Assembly (NCBI GenBank): GCA_946410555.1
Contig: CAMKAT010000003.1
Span: 5,007-69,006 of the forward strand
Direction: 5' to 3'
Origin: an uncultured Bacillales bacterium
GTDB lineage: Bacteria; Bacillota_I; Bacilli_A; RF39; UBA660
Length of the DNA stretch: 64,000 bases
Position numbers and translations under genes: made by a program. Positions 1 to 8,723 of this stretch are shown here, piece after piece (within the stretch, counting starts at the first letter, position 1; each line of letters starts with the position of its first letter). Below the pieces are notes generated by a model. That model saw only the letters and a program-made list of their open reading frames with translations. It was not told the DNA's origin and searched no databases.

Positions 1-934
1 TTAATTCGTCATAATGAGGAAATATATTAATATGAGTTAATCCTAAACCTTGATAGTATTTATTATATTTTTTATCTAATACTTCTTCCTCATATTCAGG
101 TGGTGAATATACATTTTCTGCTGAATTCATAGAACCTGCAGAAACACCAATAATAAATGCATCTGTTTTTCTTATTAATTCTCTTAAATTAATATTATTA
201 AAGAACTCATTTTGTGTTGGTACATGTCCTCCGCTTAAAAGAATAAGATCAGCATTCTTAATTAACTCTTCTGCTTTAGATTCTGTTCTTGAATCTAATA
301 ATTGATAGCTTTTAAATGGCAGTGTTAATTCAAAAGAATCAAATACTACCTTAGCATACTTATCATTTATTTCGTTTTCATATTCAGTGCTAGCTATATA
401 TAGGAAGTTATCATACTTTTTAACATACTTCTTTATAATATCTAATTTATGATTCTTATTATCAAATACCTTGGATACTTTATTACCAAATTCATCTTTA
501 TCAGATAAGTCTAGTGTACTTGCTAACATACATTTTATATCTTCATATACAAAAGAAAATTCTACATTAAACTCTAAACTATCAAATGTTTTTTTATCTT
601 CAGGACTAGAATATATCATGTCAGGATTATTTATTTCAACTTCTAATTTATATAGGTTATCACTTAATCTAGTTAATTCTACTTTATCTTTTGTTATATC
701 AAAAGTATATGACATTTCATCATCTTTAAAAGAAATATCCCAATAAATATGATTAATTAAATTAATCTTTTCATTTATATTTATACTTCTTGGATCAAAG
801 TCATCATTAATTGTTAAACTAATAAATCTATTATCTTTAAAATAAACATCAATTGATGTATTAGATTCATTCTTTCTTTTAATAAATGATGCTTCAGTTC
901 TAGATACTATTAAGTCTGTATTATTAAAATGCAT
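1..934 (-). CDS. Peptidase S51 (dipeptidase E-like) family protein with an extra ~150-aa N-terminal domain; 3' end lies beyond window start
   Basis: Absent from the ORF track because there is no stop in the window. My translation from ATG at 934 (MHFNNTDLIVSRTEASF...) stays open to nt 2. The C-terminal half reads ...ADLILLSGGHVPTQNEFF...AFIIGVSAGSMNSAENVY...GLGLTHINIFPHYDEL. This matches the S51 G-x-S-A-G nucleophile elbow and the GLGL..PHy motif. Confidence 0.55.
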   Translation of the reverse strand, partial: MHFNNTDLIVSRTEASFIKRKNESNTSIDVYFKDNRFISLTINDDFDPRSININEKINLINHIYWDISFKDDEMSYTFDITKDKVELTRLSDNLYKLEVEINNPDMIYSSPEDKKTFDSLEFNVEFSFVYEDIKCMLASTLDLSDKDEFGNKVSKVFDNKNHKLDIIKKYVKKYDNFLYIASTEYENEINDKYAKVVFDSFELTLPFKSYQLLDSRTESKAEELIKNADLILLSGGHVPTQNEFFNNINLRELIRKTDAFIIGVSAGSMNSAENVYSPPEYEEEVLDKKYNKYYQGLGLTHINIFPHYDEL

Positions 935-945
935 AAATATCCACC

Positions 946-1845
946 TTATCTAAATAATTTTTTATTTCTTTTCTTCACTTCTTCAAAAGAAGATATTAAA
1001 TTTTGATTATTAAATACTTCGATTCCATCATGAATTAAGTTAATATCAAAATTAATGTCTCTATATTTTTCTCCATCAATATTAATATCAATTGGCTCAT
1101 TTGATGAGATAAATATATTATCAGTAGTTATCTTTCTAACCCCATCACGAGTTTCGTGTTTACCATTTTTCATACTTAATATGGTACTAACCATATCAAG
1201 TTTTTTCATTTCCTCTACAAGATATACTTCCATCATGGAATCATTAAGAATACTAGATGGGGAAACCTTTATTCCTGATCCATAGTATCTCGCATTACAT
1301 ACTACGACTGTAGTAAATTTTTTTTCAATTTCTTTATCATCAAAAGATATATTTAATTCCTTAGGATTATAATTTAGAAAATGATTAGGAACTCCAATTA
1401 TATATCTTAATTTCTTTGGAATTTTAGTATTATGTACATATGTGTCATCATTTGCTATTTCTGCATCAACACCAAAACAAGCAATATTAATACAATATTT
1501 ATTATTAATCTTAATGACATCTACTTTATTTAATCCATCTCTCATTTTAGTTTCTTTAACAGTACGTGCAAAATCATTACCTGTTCCATTAGGAAGAAAA
1601 CTAAGAATATTATTAGTACCTTTAATACCATTTAATACTCTATTAATCATTCCATCTCCACCAACAGGTACAATAATACTCCTTGAAGCTTTATATTTAT
1701 TTAATATATCTTCAGTAGAATAAGAATCTGAATTAACTTCAATTGAATGATCAATATTTAATTCATAAGAGATTTGATCAATCATTTGATATAGTTCATT
1801 AATATAATTATTTCCAAATGAATTTAATACATATACATATTTCAT
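946..1845 (-). CDS. Diacylglycerol/lipid kinase family protein (DAGK catalytic domain, YegS/DagK-like)
   Basis: 299-aa ORF with motifs VPVGGDGMINRVLNG and GTGNDFAR typical of the DAGK_cat family. RBS GAGTGGA lies upstream of the ATG. Confidence 0.8.
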   Translation of the reverse strand: MKYVYVLNSFGNNYINELYQMIDQISYELNIDHSIEVNSDSYSTEDILNKYKASRSIIVPVGGDGMINRVLNGIKGTNNILSFLPNGTGNDFARTVKETKMRDGLNKVDVIKINNKYCINIACFGVDAEIANDDTYVHNTKIPKKLRYIIGVPNHFLNYNPKELNISFDDKEIEKKFTTVVVCNARYYGSGIKVSPSSILNDSMMEVYLVEEMKKLDMVSTILSMKNGKHETRDGVRKITTDNIFISSNEPIDINIDGEKYRDINFDINLIHDGIEVFNNQNLISSFEEVKKRNKKLFR

Positions 1846-1862
1846 AATTCCACTCTTCTTTA

Positions 1863-2444
1863 TTAACGGTGTAGACCGTAGTCTCTTACTAAACTTTTTA
1901 CTAAGTTAGAATCTCTTTTAAATTTTTCTCTTATTAAGTATTCACTAAATTCTTCATTTTTAATTTCTTCATAATATTCATTAGCTAAACATAAGACTAA
2001 TATTTCATATTCACTTAATGAATTAAATGATTTTCTCTTAGAATTAATAAACTCCTTTAATAATTCTTTACTATTTAATTTATCAATCTCACTATAAGCA
2101 TTTAATCTTTCTTCTTTAGTAAATCTAGATAGAATAAAGTCTTTTAAAGAATTATTCTTAAAGAAATTTTTAACTATATCATATTCTTCATCTGTACATT
2201 TTTCATCTTTATATTTTGGTAATATAGCATATATGTGTAATTGATTTCTTATCTTACTATATTTAGATATATAATCATCAGTAAGATCTTCGACTTTCAT
2301 ATTATTTAAATTATTAATTAATTCTTTTTCTTCTTTAGTTAAATATGAAGTAAACTTTATCCACATTTTAAGTGGATCATTTATTACATCAAATGAATCT
2401 GTAGGAATTGAATAAATTTTAGGATTACTTAATTTAATTCTCAT
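1863..2444 (-). CDS. Hypothetical protein (193 aa)
   Basis: ORF with AGGTGAG RBS directly upstream of the ATG and a 10-nt gap to the upstream gene. No motif recognised. Confidence 0.5.
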   Translation of the reverse strand: MRIKLSNPKIYSIPTDSFDVINDPLKMWIKFTSYLTKEEKELINNLNNMKVEDLTDDYISKYSKIRNQLHIYAILPKYKDEKCTDEEYDIVKNFFKNNSLKDFILSRFTKEERLNAYSEIDKLNSKELLKEFINSKRKSFNSLSEYEILVLCLANEYYEEIKNEEFSEYLIREKFKRDSNLVKSLVRDYGLHR

Positions 2445-2454
2445 AAACTCACCT

Positions 2455-3501
2455 TTATTTTTTAAAAATTCTAAAAGGTTTTAGAATTTTTTCTTTTTTA
2501 TTTCTTTTTTCTGGTAGTGCTTTTAAAGGAGCTTCTTCTACATCTATAGCATTATAATTTTTATCTATTAAATTAAAAATCTCTTGATTTGATTCACAAT
2601 GAAATCTTAAAAATAAACATGATGTGTGATTGAATATGTTACTACCTCTATCAGCTTCATCAAATCCAACTAAATAAGCACATAATAAATAACACAACTT
2701 GACATTATCATTATTATCTACGATATCATAAACTATTTCTCTATAATTTTGATTATTAATGGCTTGTTCATTAATCATGATTCTATATAAATATCCTCCG
2801 ATGTCAGTATCGTAATTATTAGCTAATATTTCCATGTTTTCCCTATGATATTTATCTTTCAAAGAAACTGGATTAATTGCTAAATATCCAATTGATGATT
2901 CTGGAAAAGAGTGAGTCATTTGAAGTGATGATTCTCCATATCTAATAATAGTATCTATATCTTCTTCATGATGAATACTATTAATTGAATCTTTATTACC
3001 AGCTACCATAGCTATATTTTCTTGTACTACAAAATTTCTATAATTTTCACTACAATCTATACTTACTAGTTTTTCAAAATCAATATCATGGTATGGGCTA
3101 TCAATAAATTCTTTTTTACCAATAATCCAAAGTGGATATTGAGCAGTGTTACACTTTTTTAAAGTTTCGATATCTTGAAAGTACTTTGGACTATTCAAAA
3201 ACTCTTTAGTTACTAAATAGTCAAATAAATGTTCCCATCCATCTGCATTATCTATACTTTCTATTGCTCTTAGTCTTTCTATACAATCTTCTTTATTTAA
3301 TAAATCTTTATTAATTAAAACACTTCTAAATTTTCTTCCCTTCTCAGGATCTATATCTATACTTAGAAAATTCTTCTTTTGAAGTTTGTTTAATGAATTA
3401 AACTATTCTTTTATTTCTTTATTATTTTTAAATTCAACAAATAGTTCATATTTATCTATAATTTCATCTAATTCGTATAACTTTATTGCTTCTTCTTTCA
3501 T
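2455..3501 (-). pseudogene. 349-codon hypothetical gene interrupted by one in-frame TAG (3403-3405)
   Basis: ATG at 3501 has RBS GTGAGGA and an extended -10 (TGATATACT, 3556-3564). Hand translation gives MKEEAIKLYELDEIIDKYELFVEFKNNKEIKE-TAG-FNSLNKLQKK..., in the same frame as the track ORF 2455..3198. That track ORF only starts at a TTG with no RBS. 3501-2455+1 = 1047 = 349 codons. Confidence 0.55.
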
Positions 3502-3555
3502 TTTATATCCTCACTTTATTAGTCTTCCTTTTTAGCATATACTGCCTTTAGAAGT

Positions 3556-3564
3556 AGTATATCA
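3556..3564 (-). promoter_or_regulatory. Extended -10 promoter (TGATATACT) for the interrupted gene 2455..3501
   Basis: The minus strand reads TATGATATACT immediately after the terminator at 3573-3599, about 55 nt upstream of the ATG at 3501. Confidence 0.5.
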
Positions 3565-3572
3565 TAAATAAA

Positions 3573-3599
3573 AGAATGTAAAATAAATAATTACATTCT
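3573..3599 (-). terminator. Rho-independent terminator after the 3600..4118 gene
   Basis: Stem AGAATGTAA/TTACATTCT (9 bp) with a 9-nt loop, followed on the minus strand by TTTTATTT. Confidence 0.6.
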
Positions 3600-4118
3600 T
3601 TATTTAATTTTTATATTCTCTTCATTTTTTCTTTCAAATAAAGCTGATCTAGAAATAGATGGGTCATCTATTAGTGTATCAGTTACATTAATATGAAATT
3701 TTACTTTTAATTCATTTAATTTCTTAATTAATTCATCTATTTTTTGAATATTTTCATTAATAATTAAATCATAATTACTTCTAGATAATATCTCTTCTTG
3801 AATTATTAGATTTTCTAACTCTATGATTTTATTAGTTGAATTATTAACGAAATCGCTGTTATATGGAGTATTTGTTTTACTTACAAACTCTGCATACTTA
3901 TGTCTTTCTTCATATAGTTTTGTTAATTCTCTCTTTAATTCATTTACTTTTTCGAATAAATCTATGGAAGCTACATTATTAATATAGTCTACATTTTTAT
4001 TAACTTTGATAGATAACGTGTCAAAAGATACATTATTAATCATAGATTTATCATAATAAATTGCTTCGATAATAATTATACTTTTAAGTTCATTAATTAT
4101 TTCATTAATTGAATTCAT
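3600..4118 (-). CDS. Hypothetical coiled-coil protein
   Basis: Track ORF 3600..4133 starts at a GTG that sits inside the RBS (GTGAGTGAGG). The likely start is the ATG at 4118 (MNSINEIINEL...). The sequence is heptad-like and K/E/N-rich. Confidence 0.5.
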   Translation of the reverse strand: MNSINEIINELKSIIIIEAIYYDKSMINNVSFDTLSIKVNKNVDYINNVASIDLFEKVNELKRELTKLYEERHKYAEFVSKTNTPYNSDFVNNSTNKIIELENLIIQEEILSRSNYDLIINENIQKIDELIKKLNELKVKFHINVTDTLIDDPSISRSALFERKNEENIKIK

Positions 4119-4135
4119 ATAAACCTCACTCACGT

Positions 4136-5920
4136 TTAATTAATTATATTATTTGTACCATCATTTCTTACTTTTACATTATTATTTGTTAAGATTATTC
4201 CTTCGGATTCTTTACCTAACCATACATTACCATTATTAAATGTATTATTAGTAACTTTAACTCCACCCTTTGAATGAACAGACATTAAATATATTACTAA
4301 TGTTTCATCTGTTCTATTAAGAGTATTTCTATTAAATAATACATTTTCATTAGTTCCTCTGATATCTACAAAGAAGAAATCATTATTACCATAACCACAA
4401 TTAGTAAATGTATTATCTTCAGCAGTTACATTCTTAGAAGATTCTATTTGTAATCCAAATTGTTTACTTCTAATTACTGTATTCTTCTTTACTTCTACAT
4501 CTTCAGAATTTATTACTTTAATACCTCCACCGCCTTGTGTTTCTGTAACTGTATTATTATTTATATATACAGTATGTCCATTTTTTAATACTATTCCTGT
4601 AGCAAGTCTATCTATATTATTATTAGTAACAGTTACATTTTCAAATGTTGTACCACTGTCAGGATATCCACCTAAAAATATACCACCTGCATATGCTTTA
4701 TTCTTCAATGTATTTTTATTTATTATTATATTAGTATATCTACAACCTTTTCCAAAGAATGAAATTGGTTCTGAGTTTTTATGACCATCAAATGAATTGT
4801 TTTCTATAAGAATATGATCAGCATTACCTGATCCCATGAATTCAATACCACAGTCAGTTTGTCTGAATACAGAATTAATTACTTTAGTGTTACTAATATC
4901 TTTAATCATTCTTATTCCTGTATAAATATTATCTATAAAATAACAATGATCTATAGTTACGTTATTAGCACCCCAAATATCTAAAAGATGAATTCCCTCT
5001 TTATCATCATGTCCTTGATCTCTTGTGTTAACTTCACTATTACCACTTACTGCTATGTTTTTAATAGTAAGATTATTAGCATTACTAACACTTAAGATAT
5101 CACTACCTCTTTTTGTTCCAGCAGCAGCTTTAAGTAGTGATGATTCACCATCACCCATAAGAACTCCTTTAGGGCTATTAGCAGGTATTGATATTCTACT
5201 TGATATTATATATGTTCCACTAGGAATATACACATTAACATCATTAAGATTCTTAATAGCATTTGTAATAGCTGTTGTATCATCATTTGAATTATTACCT
5301 TTAGCCCCAAATTGTTTAACATTATAAGTATTATCTATTGGTATTAAAGAAGCTACTAAATCATTATTAAGTAATATATATTTACCATTATCAATAACTT
5401 GATTAGATTTAGCTTCAACTCTATAGTATCCTTCACCACCATCATTAGCACTATAATAACCATTAGTATGTATTGTTTTACCAACACTTAAATTAGATTC
5501 TTTTAACTCATCTATATTATTAACTATCTTATCTACATTCATTCTTAATTTAGTTGTAGGTTCCGTTTTTGGTACTGTTGGTTTTGTAGTAATTACTTTA
5601 GTTATAACTTCACCAGTTTCAGGATTTGTAGTAGTTGTAAGTACTTCACCTGTATCTGAATCTATAACTACAGTTATTTCTTCACCAGTTTCTTCATCTA
5701 TAATTGTAGCAATTGTATTTCCTGATTCATTAGTAATAGTCGTTCCATTTATATTAATTGAAGTTGTTTCACCATCAGTCTTAGGATTTAATTCTTTATT
5801 TCTACTTTTATAAATATTACATAATACAAAAGTAAATATAAATAAAGAAGTTAAAAATATAATGGTAGATAATATCCATTGTACATTTTTATTATTTAAA
5901 AGCCCTTTGATGTTTTTCAT
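4136..5920 (-). CDS. N-terminally membrane-anchored right-handed beta-helix protein (pectate-lyase-superfamily / Pectate_lyase_3-like)
   Basis: 594 aa with an N-terminal TM (WILSTIIFLTSLFIFTFVLC). It has three short repeats DEETGEEITVV / DSDTGEVLTT / NPETGEVITKV. YNVKQFGAKGNNSNDDTTAITNAIKNL..VYIPSGTYIIS matches the N-terminal signature of the pectate lyase superfamily, and PbH1-like repeats follow. Confidence 0.7.
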   Translation of the reverse strand: MKNIKGLLNNKNVQWILSTIIFLTSLFIFTFVLCNIYKSRNKELNPKTDGETTSININGTTITNESGNTIATIIDEETGEEITVVIDSDTGEVLTTTTNPETGEVITKVITTKPTVPKTEPTTKLRMNVDKIVNNIDELKESNLSVGKTIHTNGYYSANDGGEGYYRVEAKSNQVIDNGKYILLNNDLVASLIPIDNTYNVKQFGAKGNNSNDDTTAITNAIKNLNDVNVYIPSGTYIISSRISIPANSPKGVLMGDGESSLLKAAAGTKRGSDILSVSNANNLTIKNIAVSGNSEVNTRDQGHDDKEGIHLLDIWGANNVTIDHCYFIDNIYTGIRMIKDISNTKVINSVFRQTDCGIEFMGSGNADHILIENNSFDGHKNSEPISFFGKGCRYTNIIINKNTLKNKAYAGGIFLGGYPDSGTTFENVTVTNNNIDRLATGIVLKNGHTVYINNNTVTETQGGGGIKVINSEDVEVKKNTVIRSKQFGLQIESSKNVTAEDNTFTNCGYGNNDFFFVDIRGTNENVLFNRNTLNRTDETLVIYLMSVHSKGGVKVTNNTFNNGNVWLGKESEGIILTNNNVKVRNDGTNNIIN

Positions 5921-6012
5921 GTTATCACCATACCCTTACTATAAGTTTACTATAGATAATTATTTATATCACTAAATATGTAAAGTATAAGCTTATCTTT
6001 CGATAAGTACTT

Positions 6013-6552
6013 CTATTTATTCATAAGATTTAGCGAATCATCAATTGATTCAAAAAGAACTATATCTGCTTTATATATTCCAACATCTTTTATTGTATAA
6101 TCAAATGATTTATCTATTTTTCCTAAATACTTTTTATAAAAATTAATTGTTTTATTACCTGCTAAGCATTCAAGTTTAACTTTTTTATAACCAAAGCTTT
6201 TAAGTGTTTCAAAACCTATTTTGAAAAGGTTTTTACCTATTCCAAAACCTTGATAATCTTTTAAAACATAAATAGCTCCGATTTCGCCGTAGTCTTTGTA
6301 TGCTTCATCACTTTGTCTTTCTGCAGTCATAATTCCAACTACTTTACCATCATGTATAGCAACAAAATATTTGCCATTTATTATATCTAAATATTTTCTA
6401 GTTCTTTCTGCCCTTTCTACGTATTTATCAACTCTATTCTTTAAATAATTAATATCTATTATTTCAGAATAAGATTCTAACCAACTTTGAGCAGATACAT
6501 AACTTATCCCAATAGCATCTTCATGTGTTGCTTCTTTATATATTATATTCAT
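6013..6552 (-). CDS. GNAT-family N-acetyltransferase
   Basis: 179 aa with acetyl-CoA binding motif LKDYQGFGIGKNLF (Q/R-x-x-G-x-G/A). AGGAG RBS. Confidence 0.8.
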   Translation of the reverse strand: MNIIYKEATHEDAIGISYVSAQSWLESYSEIIDINYLKNRVDKYVERAERTRKYLDIINGKYFVAIHDGKVVGIMTAERQSDEAYKDYGEIGAIYVLKDYQGFGIGKNLFKIGFETLKSFGYKKVKLECLAGNKTINFYKKYLGKIDKSFDYTIKDVGIYKADIVLFESIDDSLNLMNK

Positions 6553-6561
6553 AGTGTACTC

Positions 6562-7230
6562 CTAACGTCCTTTTGCTTTTCTTACTAAACTTAATACTAA
6601 AGCACTTTTTTCAAACTTTTCTTCGTTTTCAAAGTCAGGATACACTAACTCATGTTTAGCTGCAAACATTAATTGATTATAATCTAAAGTATTGATTAAA
6701 TCTAAATTCATCATTTTGAAAAAGTCTTCATTGTAATCCCATTCAGTTAAATATTCTAAATTCAATAGTTCTTTTGATAATAAAGGTTGAAGATTAGAGA
6801 GTTCTCCATCAAGTAAGATGTTATCATCTGTTACATATTGATTATGACGTCTATAATGACCTCCGGTTAAAAGATAAGTATAGTCTGTATTATCTAGTTT
6901 AGTGTGAAACGCTTTATCTACTCCCGGATTTCCAAAGATATAAAAAGGTCTTACATCATCATATTTACCTTTAAGATAATTTTCTATTACTTCTTTATTA
7001 TTAGTTAATTCTATATAACTATATTTTTCTTTTTCTTCATCGAAGTGATCAATAGCATTGAATTTTATATGAGTACCATTTAAATATTCTTCGATTTGTT
7101 CATCGTTAGTATGTATAATAGCAGTTCTTATATTTTCCATTCTATCTTCTTTAAATTTTCTTAATGCATCTTGATCAAATGAAGTTTTATATACTTTAAT
7201 TTTATTATTTACTTTATCATATAAAAACAT
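6562..7230 (-). CDS. Hypothetical protein (222 aa)
   Basis: ORF with AAAGGA RBS. No motif recognised. Confidence 0.45.
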   Translation of the reverse strand: MFLYDKVNNKIKVYKTSFDQDALRKFKEDRMENIRTAIIHTNDEQIEEYLNGTHIKFNAIDHFDEEKEKYSYIELTNNKEVIENYLKGKYDDVRPFYIFGNPGVDKAFHTKLDNTDYTYLLTGGHYRRHNQYVTDDNILLDGELSNLQPLLSKELLNLEYLTEWDYNEDFFKMMNLDLINTLDYNQLMFAAKHELVYPDFENEEKFEKSALVLSLVRKAKGR

Positions 7231-7294
7231 AATAATTATCCTTTCTTTAAGTTCCTTTTCTTTATTCCAATTAATTTATTATTACTCTCGTTAC

Positions 7295-7360
7295 TTAAAA
7301 CTTTTTTTCTTCTTCAGTTGCTCCTAACCAACCTACTGTAACCCATAATTCTAATGTCAT
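7295..7360 (-). CDS. Small ORF, 21 aa (MTLELWVTVGWLGATEEEKKF)
   Basis: Below the track size cut-off. It has its own extended -10 (TGTTATACT, 7383-7391), a strong SD GGAGGG 6 nt before the ATG at 7360, and TAA at 7295-7297. Confidence 0.35.
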   Translation of the reverse strand: MTLELWVTVGWLGATEEEKKF

Positions 7361-7382
7361 AAACAACCCTCCATCTTTATTT

Positions 7383-7391
7383 AGTATAACA
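7383..7391 (-). promoter_or_regulatory. Extended -10 promoter (TGTTATACT) for the 21-aa ORF
   Basis: The minus strand reads ...CCGTCTTTTATGTTATACTAAATAAAGATGGAGGGTTGTTTATG. Confidence 0.45.
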
Positions 7392-7392
7392 T

Positions 7393-7419
7393 AAAAGACG
7401 GAATTATTTTCCGTCTTTT
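7393..7419 (-). terminator. Terminator hairpin after the XRE regulator gene
   Basis: Stem AAAAGACGG/CCGTCTTTT with a 9-nt loop. U-tracts are present in both orientations. Confidence 0.6.
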
Positions 7420-7533
7420 TTATATAATTTATTAATATCATTATTTAATCAATTTAATATACACATATTACCATCCATTAAATAAATATTATATATTAAA
7501 TGAATTAATAATAAAAGAAAAAAGAAGAGTTAC

Positions 7534-8610
7534 TTACTCTTCTATTACTCTGTCTAAAGATTTAAAGCTATTTACTATTTTTGTAACTTCATCCATAGAT
7601 AAAACATTTTCAAAATCAACTATTCTTATAACATAAGTATTATTAAAAGTCTTTTCTTGATTAACTACTTTATTAATTTGCTTTTGTTCATATTCACCAT
7701 GTATTTCTATTATTTTCCTATCAGGATTTTTATAATTATATACGTTATATATACTGTTGTTAATGGTACCGTTTACTATATGTGATTCTATTGAAGCAGC
7801 ACCACTGTCAGGATATATAGCAAAATTATCAGTTAGTAATCTAAATAATCTTATATCGTATAATTTAGAGAATATATTTATATTTTTTATTTCAAGATAT
7901 TGTTTTTCTAATCTATAATAATTAGCATTTTTATCTTTATAATTAAAATCTTCATCTGGTAATACAAGTTGTTCAAACTCTTCATCATTAGTACATACTT
8001 TTATATAAGCATCATTATCACGTTTATCTCTATAGTTCTTAATAAATAATCTACATCCATTTTCAACAATATCAGATTTAGTTATATCATTTTCTACTTT
8101 AAAATCATTTGGAATATAAACCATAAAGTCGTCTAGAATGTTTTGATTAGCTAAATTATTTTGATTAAAATCATCATAATATACTTTTCTAAAACTTAAA
8201 TCATCTTTTCTTATTTCAATATTGTCTATTGAATAATATCTATAAAAATTAACTACTTTAAAAACAATTGGAACTATAATAGCTAATACTATAATAATTA
8301 TCATAATTATTTTTAATAACTTTTTATTATTATTCTTAACTTTATAATTAATACTTTTAATTACATTCTCTTCAAGTTTCTTTTGATAAGTTTTTTCATC
8401 TAATGCTTCACCTGATAAGAACTCATTAATAGTGATATCCAATTCATTACATAAATCATTAATTAAAGCGTAGTCAGGTAGACATACACCATTTTCCCAT
8501 TTACTTATAGTTCGGTTGCTTACTCTAAGGCGAGTTGCCAATTCTTCTTGAGTAAGATCTTTTTCTTTTCTTTTTTCTTTAATAAATTTTCCTATTTTTT
8601 CTTGATTCAT
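7534..8610 (-). CDS. XRE-family HTH transcriptional regulator with a transmembrane segment and an extracytoplasmic C-terminal domain
   Basis: The N-terminus IGKFIKEKRKEKDLTQEELATRLRVSNRTISKWENGVCLPDYALINDLCNELDITINEFL is a classic HTH_3. A TM follows (LLKIIMIIIIVLAIIVPIVF), then a ~240-aa unknown domain. Confidence 0.8.
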   Translation of the reverse strand: MNQEKIGKFIKEKRKEKDLTQEELATRLRVSNRTISKWENGVCLPDYALINDLCNELDITINEFLSGEALDEKTYQKKLEENVIKSINYKVKNNNKKLLKIIMIIIIVLAIIVPIVFKVVNFYRYYSIDNIEIRKDDLSFRKVYYDDFNQNNLANQNILDDFMVYIPNDFKVENDITKSDIVENGCRLFIKNYRDKRDNDAYIKVCTNDEEFEQLVLPDEDFNYKDKNANYYRLEKQYLEIKNINIFSKLYDIRLFRLLTDNFAIYPDSGAASIESHIVNGTINNSIYNVYNYKNPDRKIIEIHGEYEQKQINKVVNQEKTFNNTYVIRIVDFENVLSMDEVTKIVNSFKSLDRVIEE

Positions 8611-8683
8611 TTTACCTCTTCCTTCTTATTGCTAGCATAAATAAAATTTATCAAATTTATATTATTTTTAACACGAACTAAAA

Positions 8684-8712
8684 AGAGAATTTAACAAAAT
8701 TGTAAATTCTCT
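8684..8712 (-). terminator. Rho-independent terminator after 8724..9416
   Basis: Perfect 10-bp stem AGAGAATTTA/TAAATTCTCT with a 9-nt loop, then TTTTTAG on the minus strand. Confidence 0.7.
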
Positions 8713-8723
8713 TTTTTAGAGAT

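Noticed and set aside
471-746. 91-aa plus-strand ORF at the window start
   Set aside because: It is antisense to the longer minus-strand S51-peptidase-like frame (1..934), which has a start codon, recognisable motifs and co-orientation with its neighbours.
3600-5920. Prophage remnant, on the basis of a tailspike-like beta-helix plus a coiled-coil protein
   Set aside because: There is no integrase, terminase, capsid, portal, holin/lysin or att-like repeat nearby. The beta-helix protein has an N-terminal TM anchor typical of a cellular surface enzyme.
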